Of a stretch of 64,000 nt of DNA, positions 57,924-64,000 are shown in pieces. Position numbers and translations under genes: made by a program. Location: positions 4,155-68,154 of the forward strand of contig CACZAC010000015.1 of assembly GCA_902779125.1 (NCBI GenBank), in the 5' to 3' direction. Below the pieces are notes generated by a model. That model was not told where the DNA came from. It ran no database searches and worked only from the letters and a program-made list of their open reading frames with translations. The number at the start of each line of letters is the position of its first letter. The first letter of the stretch is position 1. Origin of the DNA: an uncultured Bacteroidales bacterium. Lineage in GTDB: Bacteria; Bacteroidota; Bacteroidia; Bacteroidales; Muribaculaceae.

Positions 57924-59777
57924 TTATTTGTTGCCACTCAGGAGCAAGTCAACCAATGCAGTCACGTCATCAATGGTGATGAAGCCATCGCTGTCAACAT
58001 CGGCGCCTTCGTTGAAATTCTCCTCCGAAACACCATTAAACAGGAGGTCAACGATTGCGGTCACATCATCGATGCCGACGATTTCGTCGCCATTCACGTC
58101 ACCGGGAATGATGGTAGTCTCGTCAAACTCACCCAGTTTGCGCTTGTTGCAGTTGGTAACATAGAGGTCGGTAATTGCATTGCCCAAGGGACGGCTGATG
58201 AAGGCAACGATGTTCAGGTTCTCAGCATTCCAGTTGTTGGGGATGGTATAGGTGAACTCGTTCTTATAAGTATCTCCATCCTTGTTGAGGGCGACGCCCT
58301 TGACCGAAACGAGCGCCTTGCGCAGGACGCCGTTGTGGACATAGTCGTTCTTGATAACACCTTGGTCAACCTGAGCTGCCACCAAGTTGTCCTCTGTAAT
58401 ATATACGGTGAGCCTGCTGTCACTGCCCATGAAATCCTCATAGTTGGGAACCAACTCACCATCAATGGTGATGACAGCTTTACGCGTCTTAGCATCAAAT
58501 TGGCTGTTCACATTCACGGTGGCCCAAGAGGGTTCCTCATCAAGGAGGTCAAAGAAGTTGCTCATCGTTGTCGCCGTCGTCCCTGACAGGACAGCGAACA
58601 GCTCGCTGGGAGCGCCGATACCCATGCTCCTGTCGAAGGTGCCTTCGGGATAACCGTCAACCCCCTGATAAGCTTGAAGCGTGTCGCTCTGTGCAATGGC
58701 GAATGGGTCTACGGGGCTGCCAAACAACACATGCACACCCACCCATGCAACGTCGTTACGCATCTGACACAGGTTCTGTAGATTGGCCGAGCCTGTAGGA
58801 CACCAGGTGCAGCCTGTCGAGGTAAACTGCTCTACCAGATGCATCTGGCGCGAGAATCCAAACTCAAAGAGTTGGAACTGTGAAGACAACTCTTGGGGCT
58901 CCTCCAGTGGTTCTCCATTGAGCGTGGCAGTTGATACGGTCAACGTGTGTGCGCCAGAAGTGAGGTCACCGGTACTGATAGCACCGGAGATGGTGGTATA
59001 TTCACTTCCTAAAGCGATGGGATTGCTCATTGTCTTGACAACTTGGCCATCAACACTGATGTTAAAGGTCATGTCGCCAGGATTGATATGGCCAGTTCCC
59101 AACGAGCTAATCTTAAATGAGAAATTGATGTCATCGCCAATTTTGGCTCTGAGCCTATTGGTCAAGTCTTTCATTCTGATGATATACTCGGGGAAATTGT
59201 CATTCTCGCAGATGCACTGGAGGCTCAGATTACCGTAAACATTCACGCCATAGTCACTCCACTTGTTGCTGAAATAGCATAAGGTGCTATAGACAGTACC
59301 GACTTTCACGGCCGAGATGGGTTTGCTGGACCCTACCTGCTCATAGTCAAAACCGATTCTCAAGCTGTAATTGTCCGGAAGGTTAATCTCGTAGGGCGTA
59401 TCAAGTTCGACAAGGTTCCATCCCTCATCGGACACTTGGCAGGGCCACTCGACCTCTTCACCGAGGTCTCCGTTAGGAGCAACAGGAATGACAAAGACGC
59501 GGGTGACATCTGTTGAAAGTGACAGACCCACACGGAAGGCGACAATCTTGCTGCCCTGGAACAGGGCGAGCTCATCGGGTGTTAAGTCGGTAGCAATGGG
59601 CCTGGTGCCTCTCAGGAAGCTCTTGCCCCAGCATCCGCCCAAGGTGAGGTCATCGGTCGTGTAATGGCCCATAAGCAATTGGTTGGGCTGTAAATCCAAT
59701 TGGTGCGGTTGGGCACTCACTGTCAACGGCAGCAGTATGGCTGCCAATAAAAGTAAGAATAATTTTTTCATAAACAT
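57924..59777 (-). CDS. Omp28-related secreted protein with CxxC thioredoxin-like domain and C-terminal dockerin-like repeat
   Basis: LVEQFTSTGCTWCP, GYPEGTFDR, VYITEDN, YVHNGVLR, IPNNWNAENLNIVAFI, GDVNGDEIVGIDDV. Confidence 0.85.
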   Translation of the reverse strand: MFMKKLFLLLLAAILLPLTVSAQPHQLDLQPNQLLMGHYTTDDLTLGGCWGKSFLRGTRPIATDLTPDELALFQGSKIVAFRVGLSLSTDVTRVFVIPVAPNGDLGEEVEWPCQVSDEGWNLVELDTPYEINLPDNYSLRIGFDYEQVGSSKPISAVKVGTVYSTLCYFSNKWSDYGVNVYGNLSLQCICENDNFPEYIIRMKDLTNRLRAKIGDDINFSFKISSLGTGHINPGDMTFNISVDGQVVKTMSNPIALGSEYTTISGAISTGDLTSGAHTLTVSTATLNGEPLEEPQELSSQFQLFEFGFSRQMHLVEQFTSTGCTWCPTGSANLQNLCQMRNDVAWVGVHVLFGSPVDPFAIAQSDTLQAYQGVDGYPEGTFDRSMGIGAPSELFAVLSGTTATTMSNFFDLLDEEPSWATVNVNSQFDAKTRKAVITIDGELVPNYEDFMGSDSRLTVYITEDNLVAAQVDQGVIKNDYVHNGVLRKALVSVKGVALNKDGDTYKNEFTYTIPNNWNAENLNIVAFISRPLGNAITDLYVTNCNKRKLGEFDETTIIPGDVNGDEIVGIDDVTAIVDLLFNGVSEENFNEGADVDSDGFITIDDVTALVDLLLSGNK

Positions 59778-59951
59778 CTGGATAATTAAATGTGAATAAT
59801 AACTGTTATACTTGAGGTTAAAACAATCGTTTTTGATGACGAAAGTCTCGGTTTAAAGAATGCACAAAATTACGCAATAATTTGTAACTATTGTAAGACT
59901 TTGGCACTTTTTTTTGAAAAATAATAAGTTGAAAAGCCCCCTCTTAAATAT

Positions 59952-59988
59952 AAAACGGGCCAGGTCATGATTTGGCCTGGCCCATTTT
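59952..59988 (-). terminator. Intrinsic terminator after 60014-61948
   Basis: aaaa-c-gggccagg...cctggccc-a-tttt. Confidence 0.75.
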
Positions 59989-60013
59989 ATATGAAGAATA
60001 GAGTTTAATCAGT

Positions 60014-61948
60014 TCATTCGCCCTTAATCAGATAGTCGATGAGGGCGGTTTCATCATCGATGCTGACGATGCCGTCGCCATTGACGTCAGCGCTGGGAGT
60101 GGTGGTGCCGCTCAGGAGCATGTCGATGAGGGCGGTTGCATCGTCGATGCCTACCAAGCCGTCGCCATTGACGTCACCGGGCTGTGTCTCGGGCTCGTCG
60201 AACTCACCCAGTTTGCGCTTGTTGACCTGGTCAACAAACAAGTCGGTGTAAACACCTGAAGCGCCATTCATGAGCGGACGGCTGATGAATGCCACGATGT
60301 TGAGGTTGTCGGCATTCCATCCGCTCGGAATAGTGTAAGTGAACACGTTCTTGTAGGTGTCGCCATCGCGATTCAGGTCGCTACCCTTTATCGAGTTGAC
60401 GGCACGGCGCATTACACCGTTGTGTACAAAGTTGCTGACCCAGGTGCCCAAATTGAGCTGACGGGCAACAACGCCATCTTCGGTGATGTAAACGGTGAGT
60501 TTACTGTCGGCACCCATCATCTGGTCAAAGTCGGGTGTGAGTTCACCGTCGATGGTGATGACAACTTCGCGGGTCTCAGCGTCATAGGTGCTGTTGATGT
60601 TGACCGTGGAGAATGAAGGAGCTTCGGCTAGCATATCATAGAAGGCGCTAATATCAGCGGCAATCTCCTGATGGTATTCCTCATAGTATCCGAGGCCGGT
60701 AATGATGGCATTATCTGACTCCCAACCAGTGGCACGGTTGAACGATCCCGAGGGATAGGAATCGCTGCCCTCGTAAAGCATAATAGAGTCGCACTGAAGC
60801 GTGCGCATGGGGTCGGTGCCGTTCATGTTGCCGTGAATAGCCACCCAAGCGATATCGCTGCGCATGTCCATCAGAGTCTGCAGCATGTTGATGCCCAAGG
60901 GACAGTAGGTGCAGTAGGTTGAAGTGAACTGCTCGAGCAAGAACATCTGGTGTGCAAAGCCGTTTTCATAGAGCGTGAATGTTCTGCTGGTCGAGATGGG
61001 AGTCTCAACAGGCTCACCATTTAATGACTTAACGGTGATTGTCAGCGTGTGCATGCCAGGAGTCAACCCCTCAGACGGGATGGTGCCTTCGATGTCAGTA
61101 TCGCTTCTGGAGAGATCAGTCGGGTTGGTGACAGTAGCTACTACCTCGTCATCAATGAGTACGTCATAGGCGCAAGCTCCTGCAGGAACACTGCTGGCAA
61201 TACCTAGATTGCGGCTTGCGAAGATGAAGAAAATGTCTTCGCCCAACTTGGTATATCTGGGCGTGTAAAGCTGGCTCACGCCAATCATGTAATCAGCAAA
61301 GTTATCGCTCTCGACAACACACTGAAGGCTCAAGTTACCGTAATCGCTCAGACCTACGTCCTGCCATGAGCCCTGATAAAGGATATAGGAAGGATAGATA
61401 TCACCGACTGTTACAGCCGAGATGGGATAATTGCTGCTGGTCTGCCTGTAATCAAAGCCAATCATCAGGCTCTCGTTGTCAGCCAGATTGATGTCGAATG
61501 GCGTTTCTAACTCAATCTCGTTCCATCCAACTTTATTGACGCTGCAAGTCCATGAGGTGGAGAGTCCGATATTGCCCGATGAGCTGACAGGGGCGACAAA
61601 CACTCGCGATACCGTTGTAGATGCTGCAAGCGCCACGCGGAATTTCACAATCTGTCCGCCCTGGAACAATGCGAGTTCCGAGGGGGTGAGGATAGTAGAG
61701 ATGGAAACTGTTCCCGGAAGACCTGTGACGCCGAGACCGTTGGTGGTGTAATCATCGGTGTCGTAGTGGCCCATAATCATCTGGTTTTCTTCCAGACTAG
61801 CCCTTGTTGATGAAATCAATCGGCTGTTGGGGGTCAAGAGGGCAAACGGGTCATGTTGCATCTTAAAGTTGCCATTGCCCAGCAACTGGGCAGACACTGC
61901 CACGGGTAATAGCATGGCAGCAACTAATAGTAACAAGGTTTTTCTCAT
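60014..61948 (-). CDS. Tandem paralog: Omp28-related CxxC protein with C-terminal dockerin-like repeat
   Basis: LLEQFTSTYCTYCP, YPSGSFNR, VYITEDG, FVHNGVMR, GDVNGDGLVGIDDA...DVNGDGIVSIDDE. Confidence 0.85.
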   Translation of the reverse strand: MRKTLLLLVAAMLLPVAVSAQLLGNGNFKMQHDPFALLTPNSRLISSTRASLEENQMIMGHYDTDDYTTNGLGVTGLPGTVSISTILTPSELALFQGGQIVKFRVALAASTTVSRVFVAPVSSSGNIGLSTSWTCSVNKVGWNEIELETPFDINLADNESLMIGFDYRQTSSNYPISAVTVGDIYPSYILYQGSWQDVGLSDYGNLSLQCVVESDNFADYMIGVSQLYTPRYTKLGEDIFFIFASRNLGIASSVPAGACAYDVLIDDEVVATVTNPTDLSRSDTDIEGTIPSEGLTPGMHTLTITVKSLNGEPVETPISTSRTFTLYENGFAHQMFLLEQFTSTYCTYCPLGINMLQTLMDMRSDIAWVAIHGNMNGTDPMRTLQCDSIMLYEGSDSYPSGSFNRATGWESDNAIITGLGYYEEYHQEIAADISAFYDMLAEAPSFSTVNINSTYDAETREVVITIDGELTPDFDQMMGADSKLTVYITEDGVVARQLNLGTWVSNFVHNGVMRRAVNSIKGSDLNRDGDTYKNVFTYTIPSGWNADNLNIVAFISRPLMNGASGVYTDLFVDQVNKRKLGEFDEPETQPGDVNGDGLVGIDDATALIDMLLSGTTTPSADVNGDGIVSIDDETALIDYLIKGE

Positions 61949-62115
61949 AATAAAAATGATTTAAATAAATGAAAATTGGTTATTAAAAGCTATTGTTTGG
62001 TTATGCTGTTGGTTATGCTGTAGGTCGCAAAGATAATATAATTAGGTGGACTTGAGATAAACCGTGCGTGATTCTTTTAAAAAAATTACACGATTACAGT
62101 AGTGGGCTGGAGTGT

Positions 62116-62153
62116 AAAAAACAACGGGAGGCGTCCTGATGAACGTCTCCCGT
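62116..62153 (-). terminator. Terminator after tRNA-Asp
   Basis: acgggaggcgt/acgtctcccgt stem with an A-run on the plus strand. Confidence 0.65.
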
Positions 62154-62229
62154 GGCGGTGTGTACGTGACTCGAACACGCGACCCCCTGCGTGACAGGCA
62201 GGTATTCTAACCAACTGAACTAACACACC
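62153..62229 (-). tRNA. tRNA-Asp(GTC), CCA encoded
   Basis: GGTGTGTTAGTTCAGTTGGTTAGAATA-cctgc-ct-GTC-ac-gcagg-GGGTCGCGTGTTCGAGTCACGTACACACCGCCA. Confidence 0.97.
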
Positions 62230-62349
62230 ATGTTGCATCTCGCGAGAAATGCGGTGCAAAGTTACTACAAATGTTTTCAATCTTGCAAATAATTGGGCGA
62301 TTTTTTAACAAAAAAAGGTCATTTTTTCTCAAAATGCCATATTGTCGCC

Positions 62350-63639
62350 TTATTTTTTCTCGTCAGGATCGATGACATCGACACGTATCAGCTCGATGCG
62401 CGCGGCCGTCTTGTGCTCGATGGTGAAACGGTAAGGAGGCAGGTCAAAGACCTCACCCACATTGGGGATGGCTTCGTTCTCGTCGAGCAGATAGCCGGCA
62501 ATGGTCTGGTAATCATCGCTCTCGGGGATGTCGAGATGGAAGCGCTCGTTGATTTCCTCAATCTCCATGCGTCCCGAGAACTCGTAGCTGTTGTCGCCGA
62601 TTTGCCTTGCCGTGAGGCGGTTGCGGTCATGCTCGTCCTCGATTTCACCGAAGATTTCCTCTACCAGGTCCTCGAGGGTGACCATGCCGCTGGTGCCGCC
62701 GAACTCGTCAAGCACGATGGCCATTGACCGTTTCTCGCCCATCAGCTGCTGCATCATCTTGCGTGCCAGCAGCGTCTCGGGGGCAAACAGTACGGGTTTG
62801 ATGCGGGTTTTCCAGTCGATGTCGGTGACAAAAAGCTCACTCACCTGGATAAAGCCGATGACGTCGTCGATATTCTCGCGATAGACTACAATCTTGGACA
62901 ATCCTGAGCGTGTGAACAGCTTGACCAGGTCGTCGCGGGTGGTGTCCTCGACATCGACGGCTACAATCTCGTTGCGGGGCACCATGCAGTCGCGCAATCG
63001 TGTGTCGCTGAAGTCGAGCGCGTTCTCAAAGATTTTCACCTCTCGCTCCACGGTCTTGTTTTCGTCCTCTCGCTTGTCGATGTTCTCCTGGAGATAGGCA
63101 TCCAGTTCATCAACGGTAATCAGCCTGACGCGGGTGTGGTCAATCTTGATGCCGAACAACTTCATCAACACTGCCGACAGCCACTCGGTGAACCGCGAGA
63201 TGGGATACAGCACGAGATAAATCATGTATAGCGGGATTGATGCCGTGCGAAGCGAGGCATTGGGGTTGATGCGGAAGATGGTCTTGGGGACAAACTCACC
63301 GAAGATGAGGATGATTAATGTGGCAATCAGTGTCTGGGTCAGCAGCAACAGGGCCTCGTTGGTGATGTGTCCTTGCAAGGGGATAGTGAGCAATTTGGCC
63401 ATAGCCATCGAATAGACGATATTGGCGATGTTGTTGCCGATGAGCAGCGTCGAGATGAACATCTCACGGTTGCGGTAGTAGATGTTGAGGATGCGATTAA
63501 TGATGCCGCCGCGCGCCATCTCGATTTCGGCACGCACTTTGTTGGAACTGACAAAGGCGATTTCCATGCCCGAGAAGAAAGCCGAGCACAGTAGTGCGAT
63601 GAGCGCAACAATCAGCGGTGATGTGTAACTGGAATCCAA
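62350..63639 (-). CDS. Hemolysin/CNNM (CorC/HlyC) family: DUF21 plus CBS pair plus CorC domain
   Basis: SAFFSGMEIAF, LIGNNIAN, FGEFVPK, CMVPRNEI, LDEFGGTSGMVTLEDLVEEIFGEIEDEHD; TTG start. Confidence 0.93.
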   Translation of the reverse strand: MDSSYTSPLIVALIALLCSAFFSGMEIAFVSSNKVRAEIEMARGGIINRILNIYYRNREMFISTLLIGNNIANIVYSMAMAKLLTIPLQGHITNEALLLLTQTLIATLIILIFGEFVPKTIFRINPNASLRTASIPLYMIYLVLYPISRFTEWLSAVLMKLFGIKIDHTRVRLITVDELDAYLQENIDKREDENKTVEREVKIFENALDFSDTRLRDCMVPRNEIVAVDVEDTTRDDLVKLFTRSGLSKIVVYRENIDDVIGFIQVSELFVTDIDWKTRIKPVLFAPETLLARKMMQQLMGEKRSMAIVLDEFGGTSGMVTLEDLVEEIFGEIEDEHDRNRLTARQIGDNSYEFSGRMEIEEINERFHLDIPESDDYQTIAGYLLDENEAIPNVGEVFDLPPYRFTIEHKTAARIELIRVDVIDPDEKK

Positions 63640-63667
63640 AATATCTTACTCTGTGACTATAATGTTG

Positions 63668-64000
63668 TTATCTGTTTTCTTGGGTGGGTTGACCAGGTCG
63701 ACCAGGTTGACCAGGTTGGACGGGCTTGGGTGGCGCTGCCGGTGGCGGGCTGGGTGCGGCATTGCCGCTGCCGGGATGGGGCATACGTCGCTCGTCGATG
63801 GGGAAGATGGCTTCCACCTGGCGCAGTGTATAGGTGGTGAGTTTCTCGTTGGACTCGTAACCGTAGCCCTCGATGATGCGCCCTTGTTTCTCAATGTGGA
63901 TAAAAGCTTCGCTATAAAGTTTGTGCTGATGCTGGTCCCACATCAGTTCATCGGTGAGCACAACATCACCATTGGGATTGGTGATGCGCACATTGCCGGT
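63668..64000 (-). CDS. lptC: LPS export periplasmic protein LptC, 3' part (starts beyond the window)
   Basis: TDELMWDQ..HKLYSEAFIHI, IEGYGYESNE; Pro-rich tail; usual upstream neighbour of hemolysin-family genes in Bacteroidetes. Confidence 0.75.
   Translation of the reverse strand, partial: TGNVRITNPNGDVVLTDELMWDQHQHKLYSEAFIHIEKQGRIIEGYGYESNEKLTTYTLRQVEAIFPIDERRMPHPGSGNAAPSPPPAAPPKPVQPGQPGRPGQPTQENR

Noticed and set aside
57778-62229. Genomic island integrated at tRNA-Pro or tRNA-Asp
   Set aside because: No duplicated tRNA 3' end, no integrase, and composition is similar to the backbone.
63668-63790. Pro/Gln-rich repeats at the LptC C-terminus
   Set aside because: Short low-complexity in-frame tail with no sign of a separate element.

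Overview
64 kb of a Bacteroidales chromosome. Evidence: TAnnTTTG -7 promoter boxes, no Shine-Dalgarno motifs, many SPII lipoproteins and T9SS-like C-termini. The many dockerin-bearing secreted proteins suggest a gut or rumen Muribaculaceae/Prevotella-like lineage (inference). The GC-rich backbone carries exbB/tolQ (partial), pdxJ, a VTC-DUF4956-DUF2490-2xCthe_2159 operon, an acyl-CoA ligase, comM, ispG, rpoN, an MBOAT pair, a C10 protease, tdk, nif3, aspS, tRNA-Pro, tRNA-Asp, a CNNM/hemolysin gene and lptC (partial). Two accessory regions stand out. (1) 11990-24779 is a tightly coupled 10-gene operon: a Liv-type (HAAT) ABC importer, a SAM methyltransferase, a soluble atypical histidine kinase, a small alpha/beta protein, a receiver-domain protein and a polytopic membrane protein. 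It has no recognisable DNA-binding output, and there is a GC breakpoint inside livF. (2) 27240-33606, directly downstream of an intact comM, is an array of AT-rich cargo genes (including a TIR-TIR and a SEFIR/TIR protein) separated by five comM fragments. The three 3'-tail copies decay with distance from comM. Two fragments share the same non-comM end joined at the Walker-B codons, and a tRNA-Gly fragment sits between 33-bp direct repeats. No integrase, transposase, cas gene or reverse transcriptase was seen. Other features are a 78/85-bp tandem repeat array and related repeats around two paralogous variable surface proteins, REP-like hairpin clusters and heptamer repeats. All protein calls come from motif recognition by eye, and GC statements are visual estimates, not computed values.
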